A model generated the notes under the pieces. It was not told the DNA's origin and searched no databases. It worked only from the letters and a program-made list of their open reading frames with translations. This document shows positions 1 to 10,156 of a DNA stretch of 64,000 nucleotides, piece by piece (position 1 is the first letter of the stretch; each line of letters starts with the position of its first letter). The translations under genes and the position numbers were made by a program. The stretch comes from Patescibacteria group bacterium UBA5147 (GTDB taxonomy: Bacteria > Patescibacteriota > Saccharimonadia > UBA4664), in contig DHXV01000001.1 of assembly GCA_002415345.1 (NCBI GenBank), forward strand, positions 332,517 to 396,516, read 5' to 3'.

Positions 1-2054
1 AGGCCTTTTTGGGTCATCTTGCCACTTGCGTCATAGGTGTCCGCGATGTCATATTTGGCGATTTCCGCATCGGTGAAGCCGTAGCGCTGAAGCTTATTGG
101 GGTTGGCATAACTGCTGGTATCGGCGTATACCGGATTAATGAGAGCCAGTAGATGGTTAGAAAAGACTTGGCGAATGTTGAAGAAGCTGCCGGAGAGAGA
201 GGCTATCGCTGATTGGGGGCTTGATGGCGATTGATCGATAAGGCGCGATATCATTGAGCGCGGATTTTCAGTTGAGAAGACATTAAAGTATATGCCCTTG
301 CCTCTGTCAGCGATGGCCTGCTCTTGGTCGGCGGCCATGGCGAGCGTGGTGTAAGCCTGGTCGGAAATTGGGGCGGACCCACTGGCCCGGCCGTAGTCGT
401 GGGCCATCATCTCCATGCCGGTGCCACTCATGGCAATCTGCTGGACGGCGTTCTCGGTACCGGTGATGGCAAGGCCTGAGGCGGAAGCCAAAACGGTTGG
501 TACTACTTTAATCATTAGGGCGGCCTGCAGGGTGAGCTTGGCGGCATTTGACGCAATGGCCTCGCTACCGCCGATGAAGATGTTGGCGACGAGTTCCACG
601 ATGGACAAGAACGTACCGAGCGGGCTTAGGATGAGACTACAAACCTTGTCACCCAGCCCGCCCGCCGCGCCGGTAATGGAGTTGATTGTTGCCATAATCG
701 TAGCGAGGCCGGTTTTGCCATCGGGGTTGGCGCCGGCGCTCAGCTCGACATCGCCAGAGGTCACTGGCTGGTTGGTCGCACGCTTCCAGTCGGCTGATTG
801 GGTGAAATCCTTGGTGTCGTCGGTGGGGATGGTTTTGCCGGTCTGCTGATCGACCGTGGTAGCCGCTGGATCACCGACGTATGTTTCCATGAGGTAATTA
901 AGGGTTTGCGGGTCAACCGTCTCGCCCTTGCGGAGTTGCGCGGCACTGGAGAGCAAAGCCCCGCCCGTACGCATGAGCTGCTTGGCGCGTATGTCGTAGC
1001 CATTAGCCAAGGCGTCGTTGGCCAGTTGTTGGATGGTACAGATGATAGCAACGATACCGATGGCGCCAGCGGTTTTGCTATTGAAGACTGACTTGGCCCC
1101 CTCCCTCAGGGCTAGTTTGATGTCGCCCGATTCGCCAAAGACCCGCTTGACGACGGAGGTCGACTCGTCAGCTGCTGCGGCCGCGGCTTTTACGTCGGCC
1201 GCGGTGGTTTCCGGCGTCGTACCTTTGGCAGCAGCAACCTCGGCGGCCGAGGCACCATTTTGAATTTTTTTGAAGCGGTCTTTTAGGTACTCGGCCGCCG
1301 TCTTGAATTTTTCGTTAGTGAAGAACTTGAACGATACGCCGTACCGGGCCGTCATGAGGCGGATTAATTTGACGCGTTGTCCGACGCGCCAAGGCGGGAC
1401 GTTTTCATTGACTACGGATGCAAGGCGCCCTAGCTTTTCGCCTTGGGGCAGCCCTTTGGTATTCTCGATGATGCCGTTGCGCTCGATTGAGACGAGTTCT
1501 TTAGATGCGGGGTCAAAATTTAACTTCACGCCTTTTTCAGCCAGGCTCGCTTCAAAACGATCTAAACTGAACGTCGCCCACTTGTTACCAAAGAAACCGC
1601 GGCCTTTGATCTTGTAGCGGCCATCCTTGTCGAACATGCTCAGGGAGCCGCGCATCAGTTTGGATGCCATACGTGCTTCCGTACGTTGATTCGGCTGGAA
1701 TATGTGATTAAACATGTTCTGCTCGATATGGAGCAGCTTTAGCGGCAGCAGGCTCGAGAAGCCAAACAAGGCGGCCGCAATGATGCCGATGATCCCACCG
1801 CCAGCTCCTAATTTCTTCTTATTGCCGGCAAGATATGAGGCGCCGGCTTTGGCGGCGTTCGCCAGCTGACTGAAGCGGCCGCCGTCTTGATCATTGCCTG
1901 CGCTGCCTGGGTTGGACCCTGAGGCGTTCTTGGGGTCGTTGGCAAAGGCTTCGGCCTGGTCGGTACCGCCGCCGACGTAGTCCTGGGTGGCCTTGTCCTG
2001 GGACGCCTGGTTCGTTTCGGCGTCCTTAACTAGCTGGTCACCCTCGGTTTCCAC
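1..2054 (-). CDS. Partial CDS (3' end beyond window), more than 680 aa. Bitopic membrane protein with about 65 aa cytoplasmic N-terminus, one TM (GIIGIIAAALFGFSSLLPL) and a large extracytoplasmic domain; T4SS-associated hypothetical.
   Basis: Hand translation of the minus strand from GTG at 2054 stays open to position 1, with the frame consistent at both ends. A GGAGG sits 9 nt upstream of the GTG, 2 nt after the virB4 stop. It is absent from the ORF track because no stop lies within the window. Confidence 0.55.
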   Translation of the reverse strand, partial: METEGDQLVKDAETNQASQDKATQDYVGGGTDQAEAFANDPKNASGSNPGSAGNDQDGGRFSQLANAAKAGASYLAGNKKKLGAGGGIIGIIAAALFGFSSLLPLKLLHIEQNMFNHIFQPNQRTEARMASKLMRGSLSMFDKDGRYKIKGRGFFGNKWATFSLDRFEASLAEKGVKLNFDPASKELVSIERNGIIENTKGLPQGEKLGRLASVVNENVPPWRVGQRVKLIRLMTARYGVSFKFFTNEKFKTAAEYLKDRFKKIQNGASAAEVAAAKGTTPETTAADVKAAAAAADESTSVVKRVFGESGDIKLALREGAKSVFNSKTAGAIGIVAIICTIQQLANDALANGYDIRAKQLMRTGGALLSSAAQLRKGETVDPQTLNYLMETYVGDPAATTVDQQTGKTIPTDDTKDFTQSADWKRATNQPVTSGDVELSAGANPDGKTGLATIMATINSITGAAGGLGDKVCSLILSPLGTFLSIVELVANIFIGGSEAIASNAAKLTLQAALMIKVVPTVLASASGLAITGTENAVQQIAMSGTGMEMMAHDYGRASGSAPISDQAYTTLAMAADQEQAIADRGKGIYFNVFSTENPRSMISRLIDQSPSSPQSAIASLSGSFFNIRQVFSNHLLALINPVYADTSSYANPNKLQRYGFTDAEIAKYDIADTYDASGKMTQKG

Positions 2055-2055
2055 G

Positions 2056-3948
2056 CTACGCTACCTCCCCGACTTCCTGGGCCGCGGCCGCGGCTTGCTC
2101 CTTGCGGGCGGCCTCAAGGGCCTTGGGGTCGGTGGAGATAAGCTGGGACTCGGTCTCGGAGGCCAGGATGCGGATGACGACGTGGTTGAGGCCGGCAAAG
2201 AACAGGCCCTCGCCCACAGGGAACTGGCTGAGGCGGTTCTTTTCCTCGCTGGTGAGCTTGAAGGTTTCGGCCACGATGTCGATGGCGCTCGGCGCCTGCT
2301 TGAGCAGCAGCTGAAGGGACGAGTTCGCCACCACGGCGCGGCCCATCTTGTTGCTCAGGAAGTCCTCGACGTCCTGGCTGATGGTTGTCAGGCCCAGGTA
2401 GTACTTACGGGCGCGCTTGGCCAGCGAGAACATGAAGGCGGCGGAGTCGTCGTACTTCATCAGCTGCCAGGCCTCGTCGATGATGAGGATGCGCTTGCGC
2501 TTGTCGCTTTTGACCTTGTTCCAGATGTAGTTGAGGACGATATACATCCCGACCGGGCGCAGTTCGTCTTCCAGGTCGCGGATGTTGAACACCAGGAAAG
2601 GGTTGTCGAGCTGGACGTTGGATTGTTCGCTGAAGATGCCGCTGAAGGTGCCGGTGGTGTACTTGCGCAGGCGCTGGGCCAGCGACGGGCCGTTGCCGGT
2701 CATTGAAGCCAACGTGTTGTAGAGGTCATTCATGGTGGGCGGCGTGGCGTTGTGGGTCAGAGGGTCCTTGGAGATACCGGCCCGGGCGTAGGTGTTGATG
2801 ATGGCCACGTCCATGTCGGCGTCCTCGGCCGGGGTCAGGGGCGAGGTCAGGGTGGCTCCGGTGGTTGAGTTGACCGTGGCGCCGCCCATCATCAGGCGCA
2901 GGAGGCCGTGGAGGGTAATGATGTTGGCCTGCAGGGCGTTGTCGGCCTCTTCCTGGTCGAAGACGCGGGGCAGGTCAAACGGGTTGATGCGGGTTTGGGA
3001 GGCCAGGCTCAGGCGCAGGTAGCTGCCGCCGACAGCGTCGCTCAGGGCGCGGTACTCGTTTTCCGGGTCGATAACGATGACCTCGACGCCCATCATCAGG
3101 CTGCGCAGGGCCTCTAATTTAATGGCGAAGGATTTACCGGCACCGGACTTGGCGAAGACCACCATGTTGGCGTTCTCCAAACTGAAGCGGTCGAACAACA
3201 CCAGGCCGTTGTTGTGGCGGTTGAGGCCGTAGAGGATGCCCTCGTTGCGGCTGAGTTCCGAGGAGGTGAAGGGGAAACTGGTGGAGAGGGCGCCGGTGTT
3301 CATGTTGCGGCTGATTTGCATCTGGTCGCTGGCCAGAGGTGTAGTGGTGTTAAAGCCCTGCTCCATCTGCAAGGTGGCCGGCTTGGTATAAATGAGCGAC
3401 TGGCCAAAGATGCCTTCGATCTTACGGCCGATCTGCGTGAGCTCGTCGATGCTGTTGGCGTACATCGTCAGGTACAGGCCGAAGCGGAAGAAGCGCTCCT
3501 CGCCCACCTGGAGCTTGTCGCGGAGTTCCTCGGCGTCTTGGATGGCCGCTTCCAATCCGGGGTCGCGGACACGGCCCTTTTCCTGGTTGATGGAATAAGA
3601 CGCCTCCAGTTGGCCGACCTTACGCTTAAGGTTATCAAGCACTACGCGGCTTTCGACCGGGTAGATGTAAAGGGAGATATCGATGATTTCGTCCAGGTTG
3701 ATGATGGGCGACAGCCAGCCGGTGAAGACTTGGCGGGGGTAACCGTAGACGTAGACGGTCTTGGCGTAACGCTTGCCAATGCGGATGTAGCCCGAATCCA
3801 CTTCAATTGAGGGCGGGGCGATGAGGTCGCGCATAGTGACTACGCCCTGACGGTAAATCAGCTCGGCTTCGCGCTGTTCGGCGGCGCGTTGTGACTCGGC
3901 CAGTGCACCCGGATCGATCTGTTCATTTTTTTTGCCAAATAGTGCCAT
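2056..3948 (-). CDS. virB4: Type IV secretion/conjugation ATPase, VirB4/TrbE/TraE family.
   Basis: Walker A FAKSGAGKS and Walker B RILIIDEAW (the DEAW is typical of VirB4). Size of 630 aa is typical of monoderm VirB4. The start overlaps the upstream stop in a TAATG. Confidence 0.85.
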   Translation of the reverse strand: MALFGKKNEQIDPGALAESQRAAEQREAELIYRQGVVTMRDLIAPPSIEVDSGYIRIGKRYAKTVYVYGYPRQVFTGWLSPIINLDEIIDISLYIYPVESRVVLDNLKRKVGQLEASYSINQEKGRVRDPGLEAAIQDAEELRDKLQVGEERFFRFGLYLTMYANSIDELTQIGRKIEGIFGQSLIYTKPATLQMEQGFNTTTPLASDQMQISRNMNTGALSTSFPFTSSELSRNEGILYGLNRHNNGLVLFDRFSLENANMVVFAKSGAGKSFAIKLEALRSLMMGVEVIVIDPENEYRALSDAVGGSYLRLSLASQTRINPFDLPRVFDQEEADNALQANIITLHGLLRLMMGGATVNSTTGATLTSPLTPAEDADMDVAIINTYARAGISKDPLTHNATPPTMNDLYNTLASMTGNGPSLAQRLRKYTTGTFSGIFSEQSNVQLDNPFLVFNIRDLEDELRPVGMYIVLNYIWNKVKSDKRKRILIIDEAWQLMKYDDSAAFMFSLAKRARKYYLGLTTISQDVEDFLSNKMGRAVVANSSLQLLLKQAPSAIDIVAETFKLTSEEKNRLSQFPVGEGLFFAGLNHVVIRILASETESQLISTDPKALEAARKEQAAAAAQEVGEVA

Positions 3949-4679
3949 TACAGTTTTGCTCCTGGGAGCGGCCGGTGCGGCGCGGCGCCCTCACCCTTTT
4001 CCACGACCGGTGTCATGAGCTGGGCGGTATCGATTAGTTTCTGGTTGACGGCCACGTCCGGGTTGTACCAGCCGTAGTAGAGGTCGATGAGTTCCTGGGT
4101 GCCGAGCGCGATGGCGCGGATGCCCATTTGGCTCATGCCGCTCGATACCAAGGCCACGCGTTGGGATAATTCCTGCTTGTAGTGCTTGAAGTCGTCCTCG
4201 GCCACAGTGATGACCGGCGTCGGTTGGAAGGCGGCCTTGAGTCCGGTGATGAGGCTGGCGCTCTTCTTGACGTTGACCGGCGGGAAGAACGGCACCACCA
4301 CGTAGAACTGCTTGTCCATGATGTTGACCTCCTCCACCAGGGCGCGGATGTTGGCGATGTAGTCTTCCATGAGGAGGCCCAACAGGTCGTTGGATTGCTG
4401 GGTGCGCAGGCCCACCAGCTTCTCAATGTAGTTGTCGAGGTCGATTTTCTGGCTCTTGATGACGATTTGGACCGGGAAGTGCAGCGAGTTCAAAAATCCC
4501 TGGTAGGCGAACTCGACGCCGTCCTGTTCCTGGGGGCTCATGAGGTCAAAGTTTATGGCACTGCCCAATACCACGGCGCGCATGCTGCCGTCTTTCATCA
4601 GCACCACACCGTCCTTGATCTCGGTGATCAGGAGCGTGTTCTGGGTACTCTTACTGGTCTTATTTACTGCTTGAGCCAT
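3948..4679 (-). CDS. Hypothetical soluble protein, translationally coupled to virB4 (TAATG overlap).
   Basis: 243-aa ORF with no TM or recognisable motif. Its position inside the T4SS block suggests an accessory role. Confidence 0.5.
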   Translation of the reverse strand: MAQAVNKTSKSTQNTLLITEIKDGVVLMKDGSMRAVVLGSAINFDLMSPQEQDGVEFAYQGFLNSLHFPVQIVIKSQKIDLDNYIEKLVGLRTQQSNDLLGLLMEDYIANIRALVEEVNIMDKQFYVVVPFFPPVNVKKSASLITGLKAAFQPTPVITVAEDDFKHYKQELSQRVALVSSGMSQMGIRAIALGTQELIDLYYGWYNPDVAVNQKLIDTAQLMTPVVEKGEGAAPHRPLPGAKL

Positions 4680-5520
4680 TGCTTCGTAATTCCACCGACT
4701 GACCTTCTTGTAACGGCGTAATGCGCGTGGCGGTTGCCGCCAGTTGCGACACCGTAAGGTCGTCTCTCTCCGTTGCTAATTTAAGTATATCGTTCGGGTT
4801 GGCTGTTGTCACGCTTGTGCTTATCTGCCGATTGTCGGCAACCTTGGGGGCCGGGCGACCGGTCATCTGGTCGATGGCTTCCTGGCGGATATCCACGGCG
4901 GCCTCCTGGATGAGCGAGGCCAGATTCTGCGCCAGAGGACTTTGCTGCAGGTCGAGCATATCGGGGGCCTGGGTTTCGTCGGCGACGTGCGGGGAGGTTT
5001 GGGCAGGTTCCACCAGTCGGTCGGAAACCACGTTCGGCTGGATGATCAGCGCGTCGGAAGCCGCCGAGGGCGGTGCGTTCCAGCCGCGCGAATCGATCAT
5101 GGTCCCGAGCCGCTCCAGCTCGCTGCGAACCTCCCTGGGGTTGCGCTGCGTCTGCTCCACCACCACGGCGTTGGGTTGGATGCGGAAGGAATCCACAACC
5201 TCGTCCTTGCGCCATAACCGTTGCCGCGACTGGGAGAAGTACCCCACCATGGCAATGAGCAATTGCTCAAAGTTCTGGCCGTCGCGCTGATAGAACGCCA
5301 GCAGGAGGAACAAAATGGTGACGGGCGCCGCCATGATAATCATCAACGGAACGACAGCGTGGAGCAGGGCATAACTTAACCCCGCCCACGTCACGCCGAT
5401 GATGGCGTAGATAAACTGCTTGAGCGTCAACGGCCCAAGAATATGGTCTTCGGCCTCAACGTTCTGCGGCACTTTATACTGGCTCATACCCTCTTGCTCC
5501 CTCATTCCACGCCCGCTCAC
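4660..5520 (-). CDS. Membrane protein with two adjacent N-proximal TM helices, possibly VirB3/PrgI-like, and a long C-terminal soluble region.
   Basis: Hydrophobic hairpin FIYAIIGVTWAGLSYALLHAVVPLMIIMAAPVTILFLLLAFY immediately upstream of the virB4 partner gene, the conserved VirB3-VirB4 order. Overlaps the downstream ORF by 20 nt. Assignment by architecture only. Confidence 0.4.
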   Translation of the reverse strand: MSGRGMREQEGMSQYKVPQNVEAEDHILGPLTLKQFIYAIIGVTWAGLSYALLHAVVPLMIIMAAPVTILFLLLAFYQRDGQNFEQLLIAMVGYFSQSRQRLWRKDEVVDSFRIQPNAVVVEQTQRNPREVRSELERLGTMIDSRGWNAPPSAASDALIIQPNVVSDRLVEPAQTSPHVADETQAPDMLDLQQSPLAQNLASLIQEAAVDIRQEAIDQMTGRPAPKVADNRQISTSVTTANPNDILKLATERDDLTVSQLAATATRITPLQEGQSVELRSNGSSSK

Positions 5521-5620
5521 TTTAATAGCGGAACATACTTGAGCTTATTATCGCCTACTTACTATCACCTATCAAGCAATGGGTCATCGTACACCCGGAC
5601 CGGCGGACGTTCAAGCCCAG

Positions 5621-8600
5621 CTAGTTGATGCTGCGGTCGTCGCCTGGTTCATTGGTTTGGTCGCGCGGAGCGAGACGGAGCGACGTACTCGGGCCGTTCG
5701 TTCGACTGCCAGGAGTGGTCGGCAAGATAATGGTCCCGTAGTCGGGGCGCCCGCCGGATTGCTTCAACCTTTCGGAAAGTGTAAAACTGGGTCGCTCCGA
5801 CGTTACATTCGGGATGTCAGTAACTGATGAACCTTGGTTGGGCGCAGTTCGCCACGTCATGGTTGCCGGCGGACTCATCGTAGTCGGCGCAGGTTCGGGT
5901 GTGCCTCCGCCAGGTACGTTAATAGTCACGTTAGTATCATAGGCATTGCTCGACGAAGGATTATGGTTGGGCAGGATCAAATTAGGATTTGGATTAACGC
6001 TAGTAGTAGGAATAACCAGGCCGTTTGGCTGGGTTGACCAACCGCCCGAGACGCCGCTTCTGGCTTGGGCAGCATTGGGATTGGGGCTGGTATTTTGATT
6101 GTAAGGAATGTTTTGGGTCGGCGCAGGGCCTGCAGAGACACCCGATGGAGCCGAGCTGGCCGCGGGTGCACTACCCCCAGCACTTGTCCCTGATCCGCCT
6201 CCACTCGGGGTACTCCCGCTAGGTCCAGAGCCGCCACCCACTGGTCCGGATCCTGTGACCGCACCGCCGGCCCTTTGGGCCGCTAGTAAATTGGCTTTCT
6301 CAACCGGGGTATGAACGCTTACTCCGATATCTGTGCCAAGTTGGTTCAGGGTATCTCGGGTATCATTGTTGATATTGTTAACGCCGGTCGTTGATCCGTT
6401 GATACCGACTACTACGTTTCGCATATTCTCATCAAAGGCATCCAGCTGCTGTTTTGCTGCAACTTCGCCCGTACTTCCGATAGCGGATACGTGCGCAGCC
6501 TTCAATGCGTTGCGACGGTTGACCATAGCTTGTGCGCCGACGTTATCAAGCCGGACGCCTTTCTCGGCCTTGATATTATCGTAAGCAGCTGCACCTCCGG
6601 GAGAGACTAAATGGGGTGCCTTTTCTTTTAGGCCGGAAAAATTCCCCGCCGTTGCCTTAATCCACTCGGAATTAGTCGTGTCGTTGCCATATTTATTGGC
6701 TAGGACGGTCTGTAGTTTTCCGGTATCTTCAATCGCCGCCAGCTTAGCCGTAGCAGCCCGGCTTGTGAACTGACTTGATTTGGTATCTAACGCCTTAGCT
6801 AACAGTGTCGACGGATTATCATTCTCTAGCAGGCGACCGGCCGCTGTCAGCTGATCTTTATCATTCTTTTCAAGAGCTCCTGCCATACGGTTAGGATCGA
6901 TTTTGTCGATACTCAGACCCGCCTGTTGTTGGGCTAATTTACGCTGGGTCCCCTGCTTTAAACGACCAAAACCGGTAGTTGCGGGACCCGCCTGATTTAA
7001 GGAATTGATTTTGGAAAGTCCCTTCTGCTGGCGGTTGTAAGCCCGGTTCTGTTTCATCTTGTCCTGCGCCCCGGAGATGGCGCTGTGGCCACGTTTGGCA
7101 TGGCCACTAATAAAGCCATGGCCCATCATCAAGGCGCTACCGGCAAATTTGAACGTTGCCGGAATAAGGAACAAGGCAATGATTGGCGCTAGGGCAGAAC
7201 CGAGCTTAGTCCAGTTTGAGGCATCCCCCGAACCTGTAATGACGACACTGAAGAATTTGGATGTCGCAAGCAATAGGACAATAATCGGGTACATTAGCAG
7301 CAGCTTGACAAGGGTTTCGCGCCACATCTTGAAGTACTTGTCGGTATTGGGCAGGACCCAAAGTAGAAAGGCTATCGGAGCTATAATAATCAGGAAGTCT
7401 ATGAGCATGATGCGAATCTGAAGAGTAATAAAGACCGCTATCAAACCAATAATAGCTGCGGCCAGGGCTAGTAAAAGCGGTATGGCAAACTCCGCGAGGA
7501 ATGGCGCGAAAGTCGCTGCCGCAACACCCGCACCAACACCCGCGCCGACTAATTCAACGGCGCCCGCGATTTGCATAACCCCTTCATTACCGGTTTTTAC
7601 CCCTCCGGGGATTGCTGCGGCCATGAGACTGTCGATACCCATACCCAGCACATTAGAGATGTCCACCATGAAGCCTACCAAAAGGTAGGAGAATTGAACG
7701 AGAACGGCTGCCGCTATGAGGCGGGGAAGGATTTTTTTGACCGTGTAATTATCGAGACCCATACTGGTGCCAAAAATAACAATAAAGAATATAAGCACAA
7801 AAAAGACGTCCGCTAGATTCCTAAACACAGCCCAGGCAGGCTTTAGGCCTGTGTCGCCAGACGCTAGGGGCGTGAACTTCAGTTGGTTCTTGACGACGCC
7901 GGTAAGATTGTTAACTGCACCTTGGGCTATGCTAATGACCGGACATAACAACCAGGTAAGACTGTCGACGGAGCAGACGGCTTGGACCTCGCTGGGTGTT
8001 GGATCTGTTGTCGGAGCAGCAGGAGCGTTGTTCTGACTGAGATTTAATGTATTTGACCCGGCCGCCAATACTACGCCGGGTTTGGTAATTTTTACGGGGA
8101 AGGAGGCCAGTCCTGGGCCTTCGCTGTACGCGCCATCAATAGTGACAGTGTAAGTTCCGGGCTTCAAATTTCCGAGAGTAAAACTGCCATTTGTGTTCAA
8201 GGGGACTTTTTGGGTTCCGCTCGGCCCGCCGGAGACGGTAAGGTAACCCGAGGTTACCGGCATGTCTTTTTTTAGGCCCTGGTCAAAAAAAGTGGCGGTG
8301 CCGGAGAGCGTTGCGGTCTTGGCTACGGCTGCCAGTGTCTTAACAGGTATCGTAACCTGGTCTAATTTGCCACCGACCGTACATAGATTCCGGCTGGGTC
8401 CACCGAGAAGCGTACCCCAGGTAAGAGAACTGGTGGGTGAACCCGTTCGGTCGGAAACTGAGACATTAAATAGGACGGTGTTATCGCATCCGCCGGAACT
8501 GCTTACCTGAGTGTTGTTTATCGGGCCGGATTTCCAGGTCTTCGACTTGGCATCATAGGTTAAGTTGACGGTTACGGGTTGTTCATTTGTGTCGCGTCGC

Positions 8601-8779
8601 GTGGCGATAACGGCAACATTGCTTGTCATGTTTGGAGTAAGGGTAACCTCTACTCCTCCGCGTCCCTGAGGATCTCCGGTGGTCGCCTGCGCCTGCGCTG
8701 GAAGTGCGGCAAATAAGTTACCTATAGACAATAAGCCTGTAGCCACCACCAACAACATTCGAGATAGTCTTTGCACCAT
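5621..8779 (-). CDS. VirB6/TrbL-like polytopic membrane protein (1052 aa) with signal peptide, a roughly 300-aa extracellular N-domain and a roughly 280-aa Ser/Gly/Pro/Asn-rich disordered C-terminal tail.
   Basis: Multi-TM core (FFVLIFFIVIFG...ILPRLIAAAVLVQFSYLLVGFMVDISNVLGMGI...) is paralogous to the core of 10157-12769. A LKPGTYTVTI Ig/CarbopepD_reg-like segment lies in the N-domain. The tail is low complexity (GSGPVGGGSGPSGSTPSGGGSG..., NPNPN). Confidence 0.6.
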   Translation of the reverse strand: MVQRLSRMLLVVATGLLSIGNLFAALPAQAQATTGDPQGRGGVEVTLTPNMTSNVAVIATRRDTNEQPVTVNLTYDAKSKTWKSGPINNTQVSSSGGCDNTVLFNVSVSDRTGSPTSSLTWGTLLGGPSRNLCTVGGKLDQVTIPVKTLAAVAKTATLSGTATFFDQGLKKDMPVTSGYLTVSGGPSGTQKVPLNTNGSFTLGNLKPGTYTVTIDGAYSEGPGLASFPVKITKPGVVLAAGSNTLNLSQNNAPAAPTTDPTPSEVQAVCSVDSLTWLLCPVISIAQGAVNNLTGVVKNQLKFTPLASGDTGLKPAWAVFRNLADVFFVLIFFIVIFGTSMGLDNYTVKKILPRLIAAAVLVQFSYLLVGFMVDISNVLGMGIDSLMAAAIPGGVKTGNEGVMQIAGAVELVGAGVGAGVAAATFAPFLAEFAIPLLLALAAAIIGLIAVFITLQIRIMLIDFLIIIAPIAFLLWVLPNTDKYFKMWRETLVKLLLMYPIIVLLLATSKFFSVVITGSGDASNWTKLGSALAPIIALFLIPATFKFAGSALMMGHGFISGHAKRGHSAISGAQDKMKQNRAYNRQQKGLSKINSLNQAGPATTGFGRLKQGTQRKLAQQQAGLSIDKIDPNRMAGALEKNDKDQLTAAGRLLENDNPSTLLAKALDTKSSQFTSRAATAKLAAIEDTGKLQTVLANKYGNDTTNSEWIKATAGNFSGLKEKAPHLVSPGGAAAYDNIKAEKGVRLDNVGAQAMVNRRNALKAAHVSAIGSTGEVAAKQQLDAFDENMRNVVVGINGSTTGVNNINNDTRDTLNQLGTDIGVSVHTPVEKANLLAAQRAGGAVTGSGPVGGGSGPSGSTPSGGGSGTSAGGSAPAASSAPSGVSAGPAPTQNIPYNQNTSPNPNAAQARSGVSGGWSTQPNGLVIPTTSVNPNPNLILPNHNPSSSNAYDTNVTINVPGGGTPEPAPTTMSPPATMTWRTAPNQGSSVTDIPNVTSERPSFTLSERLKQSGGRPDYGTIILPTTPGSRTNGPSTSLRLAPRDQTNEPGDDRSIN

Positions 8780-8891
8780 AATAAACTAACTTTAGCATTA
8801 GCGTTATGTATACGTAAATGCGCAAATAAAAAACACCCAGATGTGACACTCGAAAGAGTGTCACATCTGGGCTTATTTCTACGGGACGCGA

Positions 8892-9995
8892 TCAGTGTGA
8901 ATTCGCCCACAAGTTGGTATATCCGCCGGGGTCCGGCGAACTGAACCAGTTGTACATGAGCGAACGGGAGATGGTTTTGCCACCCCTCTGCTCGGTAGCC
9001 TCAACGGTTATTGTGCCCGGGTGGGCAGGCCCCGTTGATTTGAGCAAAGTTGACGTGAAGCCCGTTGGAACCTTGCCAGCCTTGAGGTCGGCAATTTCCT
9101 GGATTTCGACGGGATTGTCGCCCATTTCTCCGGGGTAGTAGAACCGAAGGAGGCCCTCGCTCTTTTGGATGAAAGCCTGCTGGCGCATACCCTCAAGCCG
9201 GGCGACGACCTTGGCCGGGTCGTCCTGAACCGATTGTCCGGTTTCAACCTGGGCGAACGAGGAGTTCGCCATGAACGCGGGCGCACCAACGATGAGCCAG
9301 TGCGTGCCTTCCAGACGGACGAGAACGGGACCCCATGACTTGGGGTCGCCTCCATTCGTGAACGAAAGCGACAGGTCGTACCAGCGGCTGGTCGAACCGG
9401 CTGCTGCCTGAGGGTCCGAAACGACAGTCGGTTCATTGGTCAGTGAGACGATTCCGCACAAGGCGGGCGACTGCTGACCGTACTGGACGTACCAGAATGA
9501 CTTCATCTCCTGCATGAACCCCCACAGGTAGTGAGGGTTAAGAGTAGACTTGCCGCCGTGACCGCACGATGCGGACCACGCGATGTTGAAACCTCCGAGG
9601 ATTTTGTCGATTCGATCGGTCGCCGCGCCCTTTATCGGAGGAAACTCCGGGAGGGCGTCAGCCGTCTTGAGGCGCTGGGCCAAAGGCACCCGTGCATCGG
9701 CAATACTGCCGACAAACGCCTTTGGGGTCGCAGGTACGTGTGCCGGAGCGACAGGCGCGTTGCCGGAGTTGCCGGTAAGAGGAGCCCTTACTGCCGGGTC
9801 GCTGAAGATGTTTGCAGATCCGGCGTTGTCCTGATTCACGGCGTTGATGAGGGAGGTTGCGAACCACGCCGCGCCAATGACCAGAAGAACCAGGGCAATC
9901 CAGACGACTCGCATGACCTTCTTCTTGGTGCTGGTCGGCTGCGGCTGGATTGAGGGAGTCTCGGTGACCCCATCAGTGTGACGTGTGGTAGTCAT
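8892..9995 (-). CDS. Bitopic protein (27-aa cytoplasmic N-terminus, one TM, about 310-aa extracytoplasmic domain); candidate VirB8/TcpC-like T4SS component.
   Basis: The topology matches VirB8-like proteins and it lies between the two VirB6 paralogs. No sequence motif was recognised. Confidence 0.4.
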   Translation of the reverse strand: MTTTRHTDGVTETPSIQPQPTSTKKKVMRVVWIALVLLVIGAAWFATSLINAVNQDNAGSANIFSDPAVRAPLTGNSGNAPVAPAHVPATPKAFVGSIADARVPLAQRLKTADALPEFPPIKGAATDRIDKILGGFNIAWSASCGHGGKSTLNPHYLWGFMQEMKSFWYVQYGQQSPALCGIVSLTNEPTVVSDPQAAAGSTSRWYDLSLSFTNGGDPKSWGPVLVRLEGTHWLIVGAPAFMANSSFAQVETGQSVQDDPAKVVARLEGMRQQAFIQKSEGLLRFYYPGEMGDNPVEIQEIADLKAGKVPTGFTSTLLKSTGPAHPGTITVEATEQRGGKTISRSLMYNWFSSPDPGGYTNLWANSH

Positions 9996-10078
9996 GAGCT
10001 TCCCCTTCCGGGAAAAAGAACTTGGATGTCAAATTCCGCGGAGTGCGGAACTGCCTACGGTTGATGCCGTTATATCAG

Positions 10079-10108
10079 TTTATACAGCATAACCGGTAAA
10101 ATGTCAAT
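10079..10108 (-). promoter_or_regulatory. Sigma70-like promoter (TTGACA-N18-TGnTATAAA, extended -10) for the 8892-9995 gene. The 5' UTR contains a TTCCGC-N5-GCGGAA hairpin.
   Basis: Read on the minus strand. A GGAAGG RBS precedes the ATG at 9995. Confidence 0.45.
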
Positions 10109-10156
10109 GCTTACCTCTCGAAGTACTCCTTGATCGGTCCGGCTGCACCCAACATA